From NCBI GenBank assembly GCA_040954595.2, contig CM082578.2:2028831-2092830 (forward strand): DNA of 64,000 bases, read 5' to 3'. Of this stretch, positions 27,101-41,200 are shown in pieces. Source of the DNA: Balanoglossus misakiensis (Eukaryota > Animalia > Hemichordata). The position numbers and the translations under genes are program-made. Positions within the stretch are counted from its first letter, which is position 1; every line of letters begins with the position of its first letter. Under the pieces are notes generated by a model. That model saw only the letters and a program-made list of their open reading frames with translations, had not been told where the DNA came from and ran no database searches.

Positions 27101-30100
27101 AGTGGCCAGTGCCGTGCCCATCAATTTTGAGTGTTTGGTGGGGTCAACCCTTGCATCAACATTGATTAGCCAGGCCAGAGTTAGTGGCCAGTGTCGTGCC
27201 CATCAATTTTGAGTGTTTGGTGGGGTCAACCTTTGCGTCAACATTGATTAGCCAGGCCATGCAGAGCTAGTGGCCAGTGTCGTGCCCATCAATTTTGAGT
27301 GTTTGGTGGGGTCAACCCTTGCGTCAACATTGATTAGCCAGGCCAGAGCTAGTGGCCAGTGTCGTGCCCATCAATTTTGAGTGTTTGGTGGGGTCAACCC
27401 TTGCGTCAACATTGATTAGCCAGTCCAGAGCTAGTGGCCAGTGTCGTGCCCATCAATTTTGAGTGTTTGGTGGGGTCAACCTTTGCGTCAACATTGATTA
27501 ACCAGGCCATGCAGAGCTACCGGTAGTGGCCAGTGTCGTGCCCATTAATTTTGAGTGTTTGGTGGGGTCAACCTTTGCGTCAACATTGATTAACCAAGCC
27601 AGAGCTAGTGGCCAGTGTCGTGCCCATTAATTTTGAGTGTTTGGTGGGGTCAACCTTTGCGTCAACATTGATTAACCAGGCCATGCAGAGCTAGTGGCCA
27701 GTGTCGTGCCCATTAATTTTGAGTGTTTGGTGGGGTCAACCTTTGCGTCAACATTGATTAACTAGGCCATGCAGAGCTAGTGGTCAGTGTCGTGCCCATT
27801 AATTTTGAGTGTTTGGTGGGGTCAACCTTTGCGTCAACATTGATTAACCAGGCCATGCAGAGCTAGTGGCCAGTGTCGTGCCCATTAATTTTGAGTGTTT
27901 GGTGGGGTCAACCTTTGCGTCAACATTGATTAGCCAGGCCAGAGCTAGTGGCCAGTGTCGTGCCCATTAATTTTGAGTGTTTGGTGGGGTCAACCTTTGC
28001 GTCAACATTGACTAGCCAGGCCAGAGCTAGTGGCCAGTGTCGTGCCCATCAATTTTGAGTGTTTGGTGGGGTCAACCCTTGCGTCAACATTGATTAGCCA
28101 GGCCAGAGCTAGTGGCCAGTGTCGTGCCCATCAATTTTGAGTGTTTGGTGGGGTCAACCCTTGCGTCAACATTGATTAGCCAGGCCAGAGCTAGTGGCCA
28201 GTGTCGTGCCCATCAATTTTGAGTGTTTGGTGGGGTCAACCCTTGCATCAGCATTGATTAGCCAGGCCAGAGCTAGTGGCCAGAGTCGTGCCCATCAATT
28301 TTGAGTGTTTGGTGGGGTCAACCTTTGCGTCAGCATTGATTAGCCAGGCCAGAGCTAGTGACCAGTGTCGTGCCCATCAATTTTGAGTGTTTGGTGGGGT
28401 CAACCCTTGCGTCAGCATTGATTAACCAGGCCAGAGCTAGTGGCCAGTGTCGTGCCCATCAATTTTGAGTGTTTGGTGGGGTCAACCTTTGCGTCAGCAT
28501 TGATTAGCCAGGCCAGAGCTAGTGGCCAGTGTCGTGCCCATCAATTTTGAGTGTTTGGTGGGGTCAACCCTTGCGTCAGCATTGATTAGCCAGGCCTGAG
28601 CTAGTGGCCAGTGTCGTGCCCATCAATTTTGAGTGTTTGGTGGGGTCAACCTTTGCGTCAACATTGATTAGCCAGGCCAGAGCTAGTGGCCAGTGTCGTG
28701 CCCATCAATTTTGAGTGTTTGGTGGGGTCAACCTTTGCGTCAGCATTGATTAGCCAGGCCAGAGCTAGTGGCCAGTGTCGTGCCCATCAATTTTGAGTGT
28801 TTGGTGGGGTCAACCCTTGCGTCAGCATTGATTAGCCAGGCCTGAGCTAGTGGCCAGTGTCGTGCCCATCAATTTTGAGTGTTTGGTGGGGTCAACCTTT
28901 GCGTCAACATTGATTAGCCAGGCCAGAGCTAGTGGCCAGTGTCGTGCCCATCAATTTTGAGTGTTTGGTGGGGTCAACCTTTGCGTCAACCTTGATTAAC
29001 CAGGCCATGCAGATCTAGTGGCCAGTGTCGTGCCCATCAATTTTGAGTGTTTGGTGGGGTCAACCTTTGCGTCAACATTGATTAACCAGGCCATGCAGAG
29101 CTAGTGGCCAGTGTCGTGCCCATCAATTTTGAGTGTTTGGTGGGGTCAACCTTTGCGTCAACATTGATTAACCAGGCCATGCAGAGCTAGTGGCCAGTGT
29201 CGTGCCCATCAATTTTGAGTGTTTGGTGGGGTCAACCTTTGCGTCAACATTGATTAACCAGGCCATGCAGAGCTAGTGGCCAGTGTAGTGCCCATCAATT
29301 TTGAGTGTTTGCAGGTGTGGTCAACCTTTGCGTCAACATTGATTAACCAGGCCATGCAGAGCTAGTGGCCAGTGTAGTGCCCATCAATTTTGAGTGTTTG
29401 AAGGTGTGATCAACCTTTGCGTCAACATTGATTAACCAGGCCATGCAGAGCTAGTGGCCAGTGTAGTGCCCATCAATTTTGAGTGTTTGCAGGTGTGGTC
29501 AACCTTTGCGTCAACATTGATTAACCAGGCCATGCAGAGCTAGTGGCCAGTGTAGTGCCCATCAATTTTGAGTGTTTGCAGGTGTGGTCAACCTTTGCGT
29601 CAACATTGATTAACCAGGCCATGCAGAGCTAGTGGCCAGTGTCGTGCCCATCAATTTTGAGTGTTTGGTGGGGTCAACCTTTGCGTCAACATTGATTAAC
29701 CAGGCCATGCAGAGCTAGTGGCCAGTGTCGTGCCCATCAATTTTGAGTGTTTGGTGGGGTCAACCTTTGCGTCAACATTGATTAACCAGGCCATGCAGAG
29801 CTAGTGGCCAGTGTCGTGCCCATCAATTTTGAGTGTTTGGTGGGGTCAACCTTTGCGTCAACATTGATTAACCAGGCCATGCAGAGCTAGTGGCCAGTGT
29901 CGTGCCCATCAATTTTGAGTGTTTGGTGGGGTCAACCTTTGCGTCAACATTGATTAACCAGGCCATGCAGAGCTAGTGGCCAGTGTCGTGCCCATCAATT
30001 TTGAGTGTTTGGTGGGGTCAACCTTTGCGTCAACATTGATTAACCAGGCCATGCAGAGCTAGTGGCCAGTGTCGTGCCCATCAATTTTGAGTGTTTGGTG

Positions 30101-33100
30101 GGGTCAACCTTTGCGTCAACATTGATTAACCAGGCCATGCAGAGCTAGTGGCCAGTGTCGTGCCCATCAATTTTGAGTGTTTGGTGGGGTCAACCTTTGC
30201 GTCAACATTGATTAACCAGGCCATGCAGAGCTTGTGGCCAGTGTCGTGCCCATCAATTTTGAGTGTTTGGTGGGGTCAACCTTTGCGTCAACATTGATTA
30301 ACCAGGCCATGCAGAGCTAGTGGCCAGTGTCGTGCCCATCAATTTTGAGTGTTTGGTGGGGTCAACCTTTGCGTCAACCTTGATTAACCAGGCCATGCAG
30401 ATCTAGTGGCCAGTGTCGTGCCCATCAATTTTGAGTGTTTGGTGGGGTCAACCTTTGCGTCAACATTGATTAACCAGGCCATGCAGAGCTAGTGGCCAGT
30501 GTCGTGCCCATCAATTTTGAGTGTTTGGTGGGGTCAACCTTTGCGTCAACATTGATTAACCAGGCCATGCAGAGCTAGTGGCCAGTGTCGTGCCCATCAA
30601 TTTTGAGTGTTTGGTGGGGTCAACCTTTGCGTCAACATTGATTAACCAGGCCATGCAGAGCTAGTGGCCAGTGTAGTGCCCATCAATTTTGAGTGTTTGC
30701 AGGTGTGGTCAACCTTTGCGTCAACATTGATTAACCAGGCCATGCAGAGCTAGTGGCCAGTGTAGTGCCCATCAATTTTGAGTGTTTGAAGGTGTGATCA
30801 ACCTTTGCGTCAACATTGATTAACCAGGCCATGCAGAGCTAGTGGCCAGTGTAGTGCCCATCAATTTTGAGTGTTTGCAGGTGTGGTCAACCTTTGCGTC
30901 AACATTGATTAACCAGGCCATGCAGAGCTAGTGGCCAGTGTAGTGCCCATCAATTTTGAGTGTTTGCAGGTGTGGTCAACCTTTGCGTCAACATTGATTA
31001 ACCAGGCCATGCAGAGCTAGTGGCCAGTGTCGTGCCCATCAATTTTGAGTGTTTGGTGGGGTCAACCTTTGCGTCAACATTGATTAACCAGGCCATGCAG
31101 AGCTAGTGGCCAGTGTCGTGCCCATCAATTTTGAGTGTTTGGTGGGGTCAACCTTTGCGTCAACATTGATTAACCAGGCCATGCAGAGCTAGTGGCCAGT
31201 GTCGTGCCCATCAATTTTGAGTGTTTGGTGGGGTCAACCTTTGCGTCAACATTGATTAACCAGGCCATGCAGAGCTAGTGGCCAGTGTCGTGCCCATCAA
31301 TTTTGAGTGTTTGGTGGGGTCAACCTTTGCGTCAACATTGATTAACCAGGCCATGCAGAGCTAGTGGCCAGTGTCGTGCCCATCAATTTTGAGTGTTTGG
31401 TGGGGTCAACCTTTGCGTCAACATTGATTAACCAGGCCATGCAGAGCTAGTGGCCAGTGTCGTGCCCATCAATTTTGAGTGTTTGGTGGGGTCAACCTTT
31501 GCGTCAACATTGATTAACCAGGCCATGCAGAGCTAGTGGCCAGTGTCGTGCCCATCAATTTTGAGTGTTTGGTGGGGTCAACCTTTGCGTCAACATTGAT
31601 TAACCAGGCCATGCAGAGCTAGTGGCCAGTGTCGTGCCCATCAATTTTGAGTGTTTGGTGGGGTCAACCTTTGCGTCAACATTGATTAACCAGGCCATGC
31701 AGAGCTTGTGGCCAGTGTCGTGCCCATCAATTTTGAGTGTTTGGTGGGGTCAACCTTTGCGTCAACATTGATTAACCAGGCCATGCAGAGCTAGTGGCCA
31801 GTGTCGTGCCCATCAATTTTGAGTGTTTGGTGGGGTCAACCTTTGCGTCAACATTGATTAAGCAGGCCATGCAGAGCTAGTGGCCAGTGTCGTTCCCATC
31901 AATTTTGAGTGTTTGGTGGGGTCAACCTTTGCGTCAACATTGATTAACCAGGCCATGCAGAGCTAGTGGCCAGTGTCGTGCCCATCAATTTTGAGTGTTT
32001 GGTGGGGTCAACCTTTGCGTCAACATTGATTAACCAGGCCATGCAGAGCTAGTGGCCAGTGTCGTGCCCATCAATTTTGAGTGTTTGGTGGGGTCAACCT
32101 TTGCGTCAACATTGATTAACCAGGCCATGCAGAGCTAGTGGCCAGTGTCGTGCCCATCAATTTTGAGTGTTTGGTGGGGTCAACCTTTGCGTCAACATTG
32201 ATTAACCAGGCCATGCAGAGCTAGTGGCCAGTGTCGTGCCCATCAATTTTGAGTGTTTAGTGGGGTCAACCTTTTCGTCAACATTGATTAACCAGGCCAT
32301 GCAGAGCTAGTGGCCAGTGTCGTGCCCATTAATTTTGAGTGTTTGGTGGGGTCAACCTTTGCGTCAACATTGATTAACCAGGCCATGCAGAGCTAGTGGC
32401 CAGTGTCGTGCCCATCAATTTTGAGTGTTTGGTGGGGTCAACCTTTGCGTCAACATTGATTAACCAGGCCATGCAGAGCTAGTGGCCAGTGTCGTGCCCA
32501 TCAATTTTGAGTGTTTGGTGGGGTCAACCTTTGCGTCAACATTGATTAACCAGGCCATGCAGATCTAGTGGCCAGTGTAGTGCCCATCAATTTTGAGTGT
32601 TTGCAGGTGTGGTCAACCTTTGCGTCAACATTGATTAACCAGGCCATGCAGAGCTAGTGGCCAGTGTAGTGCCCATCAATTTTGAGTGTTTGCAGGTGTG
32701 GTCAACCTTTGCGTCAACATTGATTAACCAGGCCATGCAGAGCTAGTGGCCAGTGTAGTGCCCATCAATTTTGAGTGTTTGCAGGTGTGGTCAACCTTTG
32801 CGTCAACATTGATTAACCAGGCCATGCAGAGCTAGTGGCCAGTGTAGTGCCCATCAATTTTGAGTGTTTGCAGGTGTGGTCAACCTTTGCGTCAACATTG
32901 ATTAACCAGGCCATGCAGAGCTAGTGGCCAGTGTAGTGCCCATCAATTTTGAGTGTTTGCAGGTGTGGTCAACCTTTGCGTCAACATTGATTAACCAGGC
33001 CATGCAGACCTAGTGGCCAGTGTCGTGCCCATCAATTTTGAGTGTTTGGTGGGGTCAACCTTTGCGTCAACATTGATTAACCAGGCCATGCAGAGCTAGT

Positions 33101-34905
33101 GGCCAGTGTCGTGCCCATCAATTTTGAGTGTTTGGTGGGGTCAACCTTTGCGTCAACATTGATTAACCAGGCCATGCAGAGCTAGTGGCCAGTGTCGTGC
33201 CCATCAATTTTGAGTGTTTGGTGGGGTCAACCTTTGCGTCAACATTGATTAACCAGGCCATGCAGAGCTAGTGGCCAGTGTCGTGCCCATCAATTTTGAG
33301 TGTTTGGTGGGGTCAACCTTTGCGTCAACATTGATTAACCAGGCCATGCAGAGCTTGTGGCCAGTGTCGTGCCCATCAATTTTGAGTGTTTGGTGGGGTC
33401 AACCTTTGCGTCAACATTGATTAACCAGGCCATGCAGAGCTTGTGGCCAGTGTCGTGCCCATCAATTTTGAGTGTTTGGTGGGGTCAACCTTTGCGTCAA
33501 CATTGATTAACCAGGCCATGCAGAGCTTGTGGCCAGTGTCGTGCCCATCAATTTTGAGTGTTTGGTGGGGTCAACCTTTGCGTCAACATTGATTAACCAG
33601 GCCATGCAGAGCTAGTGGCCAGTGTCGTGCCCATCAATTTTGAGTGTTTGGTGGGGTCAACCTTTGCGTCAACATTGATTAACCAGGCCATGCAGAGCTA
33701 GTGGCCAGTGTCGTGCCCATCAATTTTGAGTGTTTGGTGGGGTCAACCTTTGCGTCAACATTGATTAACCAGGCCATGCAGAGCTAGTGGCCAGTGTCGT
33801 GCCCATCAATTTTGAGTGTTTGGTGGGGTCAACCTTTGCGTCAACATTGATTAACCAGGCCATGCAGAGCTAGTGGCCAGTGTCGTGCCCATCAATTTTG
33901 AGTGTTTGGTGGGGTCAACCTTTGCGTCAACATTGATTAACCAGGCCATGCAGAGCTAGTGGCCAGTGTCGTGCCCATCAATTTTGAGTGTTTGGTGGGG
34001 TCAACCTTTTCGTCAACATTGATTAACCAGGCCATGCAGAGCTAGTGGCCAGTGTCGTGCCCATTAATTTTGAGTGTTTGGTGGGGTCAACCTTTGCGTC
34101 AACATTGATTAACCAGGCCAGAGCTAGTGGCCAGTGTCGTGCCCATTAATTTTGAGTGTTTGGTGGGGTCAACCTATGCGTGAACATTGATTAACCAGGC
34201 CATGCAGAGCTAGTGGCCAGTGTCGTGCCCATTAATTTTGAGTGTTTGGTGGGGTCAACCTTTACGTCAGCATTGATTAACCAGGCCAGAGCTAGTGGCC
34301 AGTGTCGTGCCCATTAATTTTGAGTGTTTGGTGGGGTCAACCTTTGCGTCAGCATTGATTAACCAGGCCAGAGCTAGTGGCCAGTGTCGTGCCCATTAAT
34401 TTTGAGTGTTTGGTGGGGTCAACCTTTGCGTCAGCATTGATTAACCAGGCCAGAGCTAGTGGCCAGTGTCGTGCCCATTAATTTTGAGTGTTTGGTGGGG
34501 TCAACCTTTGCGTCAGCATTGATTAACCAGGCCAGAGCTAGTGGCCAGTGCCGTGCCCATTAATTTTGAGTGTTTGGTGGGGTCAACCTTTGCGTCAGCA
34601 TTGATTAACCAGGCCAGAGCTAGTGGCCAGTGTCGTGCCCATTAATTTTGAGTGTTTGGTGGGGTCAACCTTTGCGTCAGCATTGATTAACCAGGCCAGA
34701 GCTAGTGGCCAGTGTCGTGCCCATTAATTTTGAGTGTTTGGTGGGGTCAACCTTTGCGTCAGCATTGATTAAGCAGGCCAGAGTGGCCAGTGTCGTGCCC
34801 ATTAATTTTGGGTGTTTGGTGTGGTCAACCTTTGCGTCAACATTAACCTGGCCAGACAGTAACCAGGCCAGAGTGGACAGTATCCTGCCTATTAATGTTG
34901 AGTGA
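18130..34905. repeat. Satellite array, ~16.8 kb, roughly 200 monomers of 82 bp (…tagccaggccagagct…) or 86 bp (…taaccaggccATGCagagct…), with slightly longer variants
   Basis: Consensus agagctagtggccagtgtcgtgcccatcaattttgagtgtttggtggggtcaacctttgcgtcaacattgattagccaggcc; first period 18131 to 18213 = 82 bp; degenerates at the right edge only. Confidence 0.99.
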
Positions 34906-35329
34906 TTTGTGGGTCAATTTGATCAAATACTGCCTACTGCTGGCGCTGCATATTTGAAGAAATGTGAAAAGATGGCAAGACAGGTTTGGTAAGTGTGGGC
35001 CCCCTAACTGAAGCAAAAGCACTAACTGAAAACAAAGATATGAATTTGGAATAGTTTTATTTATTACATATGAAAAATAATGAAGACTTATGCTTCAAAG
35101 TAAGTATCGACGGAGTCGAACCGCCAATGCTGCAATGGCATTATACCCATAATACTTTTTTGCTTTTTGCATGAATTTCATTATTTTTCATATGCTGTGC
35201 AGCTAAAGTGTGGCTAGATGGCTAACTGCTGATGTAAAATATCTTGCATACCAATTTGGAACAATTACCCCAAGTATAGTGGTCAAACAGAAACAATGCT
35301 TGCATTCAATTTGAAACAAGGTGACAAAA

Positions 35330-35430
35330 GTGGTCGAAATGAAACAATGAGCAAAAACAGTGTTTATCAAACTGAAATAATGTGGTCGAAATGAAACAAT
35401 GAGCAAAAACAGTGTTTATCAAACTGAAAA
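35330..35430. repeat. Two-copy ~52-bp tandem repeat
   Basis: gtggtcgaaatgaaacaatgagcaaaaacagtgtttatcaaactgaaa occurs twice. Confidence 0.85.
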
Positions 35431-35863
35431 AATGTGCCAAAATAGCTCCTGTTGATATTGCACAAAATTAACTGTTGCATTCTACCCTTGAGTTAATTTT
35501 TATTTCCAGGCAATTATGTGCTTAATACTAAATATTATCTATGGGTAAAAACCATCAGTTTCTTAAGTGCAAATCGCAAGAAGCTCCCCCATACAATTTT
35601 AGTGTTTTTTTAAATCAAGCAAGATAATTACATTCTGTGTGATAAACTAACTAACTTTACGCGCCTGGGGATAGTTAAAAACCTCGAGCCAAATATAAAA
35701 TGAGGAAAAACTGCCCCCTCCCCTGTTGTGAATTTTAAAAGGTTGGGGCTCAAACTAACCAGAATTGTCTTGCCGACTCCTATTTTTCTGTGTACATTTT
35801 GATGTATTGTTGTTGCGTGAGATTGAGGATTTGTGTTGATGCGGGAATTACGATGACGAAAGC

Positions 35864-36060
35864 AAAAAATCCATCGGCGAATCAAACGGGCACACAGCGA
35901 AATTCCATTACACGACGAGCGAACTGCGATGAAGAACGCGAACGCGGGTAACGTTGTAAAAAATCCATCGGCGAATCAAACGGGCACACGGCGAAATTCC
36001 ATTACACGACGAGCGACCTGCAATGAAGAACGCGAACGCGGGTAACACTGCAAAAAATCC
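35864..36060. repeat. Two-copy ~94-bp CpG-rich tandem repeat
   Basis: aaaaaatccatcggcgaatcaaacgggcacac...gaagaacgcgaacgcgggtaac occurs twice. Confidence 0.85.
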
Positions 36061-36481
36061 GCAGACAATTATTACACGAATGCATAGCAACAATTATTTT
36101 ACCCAACCTGACCCTAATAAATTACCCAATGATTTTAAGTTTCTTATTATTACACCCCCAACTAATCATCATACCTTTGTAATATTAACACCATTTATAC
36201 ACATCCCATAATGTTTATACCATCAAGTTAATACCATTTTATTATTATTATACCACCAAAACCTTGTGTTACCCATTTTTTATTATTACACCATTGATGT
36301 TTACACCCTTATATATTATACCGGTATTTACCCTCTGTACATGTACAGTTTTTATTTACCACGTGGCATTACTCATGTTTTTATAGTATTTTAATTACTT
36401 ATCATACCCTTGAAACCATAACATTATACCCTTGCAGACAGTTTTGTTATAGTACCCTTGTGCACACTGTTTTATTAGTCA

Positions 36482-36660
36482 TCATACACCAACCCTTCAC
36501 CATTCCATTAGATTATACCATTTTTATTAGCCTAACCTATTCATACACCAACCCTTCACCATTCCGTTAGATTATACCATTTTTTATTACCCTAACATAT
36601 TCATACACCAACCCTTTACCATTCCCTCAGATTAAACCATTTTTATTAGCCTAACCTATT
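36482..36660. repeat. Three-copy ~59-60-bp tandem repeat
   Basis: tcatacaccaacccttcaccattcc...attagcctaacctat three times. Confidence 0.88.
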
Positions 36661-36842
36661 GACAGCATCCCTCTGGTTTTGAAATTGTTATCTGGTGCGG
36701 CGTTGTTGTAGATATTGATTAGACTCCCTCCGGCGATGATAATACCAATGAACCTATTGAAAAAAAAGAATGAATATTATTAATTAGATCAGATCAACAA
36801 ATCATGGCGTCGTTCATCCCTCTGGTCACAGAAGCATCATCT

Positions 36843-37272
36843 GGCGTCGTTACAAGTATTAAGTTCATCCCTCCAGTACAGTATTAGGTGGCGGCGTCGT
36901 TACAAGTTTAAGTTGATCCCAGTACAGTATTAGGTGGCGGCGTCGTTACAAGTATTAAGTTCATCCCTCCAGTACAGTATTAGGTGGCGGCGTCGTTACA
37001 AGTTTAAGTTCCTCCCTCCAGTACAGTATTAGGTGGCGGCGTCGTTACAAGTATTAAGTTCATCCCTCCAGTACAGTATTAGGTGGCGGCGTCGTTACAA
37101 GTTTAAGTTCCTCCCTCCAGTACAGTATTAGGTGGCGGCGTCGTCGTTACAAGTATTAAGTTCCTCCCTCCAGTACAGTATTAGGTGGCGGCGGCGTTAC
37201 AAGTATTAACTTCATCTATCCAGTACAGTATTAGGTGGCGGCGTCGTTACAAATATTACACTCCCTCCAGCA
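36843..37272. repeat. Minisatellite, ~49-50-bp unit, about 8-9 copies
   Basis: cagtacagtattaggtggcggcgtcgttacaagt(a)ttaagttc(a/c)tccctc repeated, with partly alternating long/short units. Confidence 0.93.
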
Positions 37273-38039
37273 GCAGTGTTACCAAAGAACCTAATGTAAA
37301 AAAAGAATGAAATTATTTTTATTATCTGATTAGATCAAGTCATCATCATTGATAAAGAAAACGATAAGAAGAAATCATTTAAAAATTAACGCTGCCAGCA
37401 CTATTGGTGGGGCCCAAACGGTTCCCATGGTTACCAGGGTATGCCAAGGCTGTATTCTGCTGTGAATACCAAGATATATGAAAGCTGGTCAAAGGTTACC
37501 CCGGGGTCATTGAAAATCGCAAAAAATAGCGTCAAGGACACTGTGGTCTCATTTAGTGATTACACTAGAAAATGTCTACACAGGAGTACAGACAGACAGA
37601 CACACACATAGAGAGGCAATAAAATATGATGCCCCCCAGGCCCGAAAACATCTTGATCTTATGTATGCTGGCCTGGTACAATAGACAAACCAGCTAATTA
37701 ATGAAAATGTTGTACAAATACAGAGCTCAAAGTTGCATTTTAGTGAGCCCAAAAGCAAATTAACTCAATGTTACGACAAATTTTACTTTTGCCACTGAAA
37801 GTTTGCATCGGTGGGGTGGGATGGCAAGTACTCTGCCCTGATACAATAGACAAACCAGCCAATAAATGAAATGAGGTGAAGAATGAAGGTGAAGAATGAA
37901 TAACTTTATTTGATTCCATTATCTAAACAAACACATCCAATTAACTTCCTACTCAAATTTCAAAGTAATCAGTCATAGGTTTTGTAAATCATCATGAGAA
38001 AACACCCTGAAACCTTCAAATCAAAAATCATATAAGCCT

Positions 38040-38283
38040 AGTCGGGCTCTGCGCTCCAGCTCAATGAACCAGTTGTGTGTACCAAAGTACAGACTCAAAA
38101 CAATTCTCTGCCATCTGACATTCAACAGGCTTCTAGTCTCAACATTTTCAAACAAAAACTCAAGACATTTCTATTTGTCAAAGCCTACGAACACTGATGT
38201 TATACTTTCAGCGCCTTTGGAAATAACATTGTTATTGATTCTGGCGCTTTATAAATGTTTGTTTTGATTTGATTTGATTTGAT
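38040..38283 (+). mobile_element. L2-type LINE/SINE 3' terminus with stem-loop and (TTTGA)n tail
   Basis: cagcgcctttgg...ggcgctttataaat followed by tttgatttgatttgatttgat; upstream LCVPKYRLKT resembles an ORF2 C-terminus. Confidence 0.7.
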
Positions 38284-41200
38284 CCCTCAAAAATATACTA
38301 TTCAATTCATCAAGTTGATTTGAAAAACATACATGCAAATCTTACTTGAGCTACCCCTAACATGACTAACAAATTTTAAAGCAATGGAACAAGCGGTTTT
38401 AGAGAAAAAAAATTAATTAAACAAGGCTGAAATTGCTCCAAAATTATCAATATGCAAATTTTGCAACATTTCAACAAAAGTCTTGTAACTCATATCACCT
38501 ATATGAAGCTTCATACTAAAATTTCAAAGAAGTTGACTCATCAATTATAGATAAGTAGATTTTTTACCACAAATGAGGAAAAAGGCAAAAATGCATAAAA
38601 TAGAACATTCAAACTATTAGTTCAAAAAATACAGGATTGTATGTGGTTGACATAGGGTACTTGCATACCAATTGTCAAATCAATCTGTAAATTATCATGA
38701 GAACAAACCCTGAAACCTTTAAATCAAATTTTAAAGCAGTGGGGGTAGAGGGGGAACAGTACGATATTTTACCCACAATTCTCCATGATTTGTATCATCG
38801 AGATTGTCCATTTAATTACTTTCTGTTTTAGATACTAAGAATGATATGAAGTACATATAACTGTATTAGGATTTATCTAGAAAAATTATGTTGAGGAATT
38901 AGAGTGAAAATTTCAAAATCAAAATTTAAAAGCCATAGAAATCAAAGTATTCATTCATGTACGTCAAATGTCACACTTAAGAGGAAAGAAGCAATGACTA
39001 ACTGAGGTGGCCAGTCTCTGTTGAAAGTTAACATGTAAATTTCCATTGTTCTGTCAATAGAAAAAAAATCAATATCTTTTTGTTTGATTAAACAAGTGTT
39101 TCAAGTGTCCCTGTTTTACTTCAATCTTTTTTGTATCGGCTGGCTATGCAATTGCTTATTTTATAAAATTTGTATCTCCTCTTTCAATAATGCATGATTT
39201 TGTTTGTCATTTGAAATGGTAATTGACAATAAGATTCGCCTTTAAAGCATGCTCTCAAAATTTGTATTAGTGGTCTACAATTTTCTCTACACATGTGAAC
39301 TTTGCCTGGTTTGACCGAGTAATCTCTGGTTGTACAAATCAGAATGATTCATGGGATATTTCACGTACTGTGGGGGGTTCTGAGAAGAGTTTTGACCAAA
39401 AATGGCAAAAATCATCCCAAAAATATACTATTCAATTCATCAAGTTGATTTGAAAAACATACATGCAAATCTTACTTGGGCTACCCCTAATATGACTAAC
39501 AAATTTCAAAGCAATGTAACAAGCGGTTTTAGAAAAAAAAATTCAAAAAGGGCCGAAATTGCTCCAAAATTATGAATATGCAAATTTCCTACATTTTAAC
39601 AAAAGTATGGTAACTCATATCACCTATATGAAGCTTCATACTAAATTTCAAAGAAGTCGTCTCATCAATTCTAGAAAAGTAGATTTTTTACCAAAAATGA
39701 AGAAAAAGGCAAAAAATGCTTAAAATAGAACATTCAAACTATTCAAAATACAGGACTGTATGTGGTTGACATAAGGTACTTGCATACCAATTGTCAAATC
39801 AATCTGACCAGTGGTTGTCGAGTTTCTGAGTTTTGACCAATTTCAAATTTTCCCAGCTAATTTGCATTAATTTAAAAATTTCAATTGAATATGGCTGCCA
39901 GGTCAAATGACTGATTTGAATTTCAAGGTGCACACTCATTGGCAAGGACAACTGTGACAAATTCAAGAAGCATAGGTGTGGCAGGTTTTCAGAGCAAGGT
40001 GTACAAAATATCCAGGGAATGGGGCCCAAGCTCCGAAAAACCCAGCACAATACCAATAGGGACTCATATTACTAACAAAGTGTAAGCCTGTAAGAAGTCA
40101 AAAGCTGCACATCTTTTTACCACCTCGTGTCAGTACTAAGCAATAAGACTTTTTATAGAGTTGTTTAATTGTCTCTGCAGATGCCAGAGATTGAAAAAGA
40201 ATCCTACAAGTTAAGATTTTAAGAAACAATGATAGCTATTTCTATTACTGTTTGTAAACAAAAATGTGATGTTCACCACCTTGTTTTCAGAAAAGTATTT
40301 ACATAAATGTTTTTCCATAGAGTTAACACAGACACTGGCAGCCATCTTGAATTTCAAAAACTGCAACAATATCTCCAATGCAACAAATCTGCAAATTGTA
40401 CTATTTGACACCTGACTTAGGTCAAGGGGTTTCAGAGAAGATGACTACTATTCAGACTCGGACAAAATAATAATGCAATATTCAGCAGAATTTCAAAAGC
40501 ATTGACTATGATCACCAAGGGACAATTCATACCAATCATCAAATCAATTAGACGTACCTATTTTAAAGATCATTATGAAAACTTTACAGATTCGGTTATA
40601 ATGTAAATAAAATTAGATCACCCCTGTGGACATGGCAATCAGACATGCATATTCTGACAAGATTTTTTGTTTGTATAAAAAGGCAACTGTCTCCAAAATA
40701 CAAAATTACAGATTATGTCACATACCTCAGGGAGATCCATACTAAATTTCAGAGAAAATTTCCCCCCAAATATGCAAATTTCACCATATTTTGAAGAAAC
40801 AACTTGTGTCATACCTAGAAACCTGCAAAGTCAAAGTAATCTACGAGCTTAGCTTTTTTCTTCCAAAAACAGCAAAAAACTTGTTCCAAACTACAAATAT
40901 GCAGAATTCAACACAATTTGAACACGCAGTACTTCGCTACCCCAAGAAACCTGCACACCAAATTTGAAAGCACTTGCACCAGTGATTTCAGAAAAGAAAA
41001 GTGTTGACAGACATAGGATGACTGAACATCTATCTACCTGTCTGATAACTTTTGCAGTGCTGAGAGCAGAGCTAGAGATTGGTGTTGTCTTTTTACATTT
41101 TAAATCATCACACTTTGCTACTCAAAGCTACTATTCTGCTATGCTTGAGAACTGACTTGGGACAATTTTTGGCAAACAATAGTCACTAATCTTCCTCAGT

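Noticed and set aside
18130-34905. CRISPR-like array
   Set aside because: Monomers are contiguous with no unique spacers, no cas genes are present and the context is eukaryotic; it is a satellite.
35105-35130. tRNA gene (minus-strand GGTTCGACTCC B-box-like motif)
   Set aside because: No cloverleaf or A-box could be built around it.
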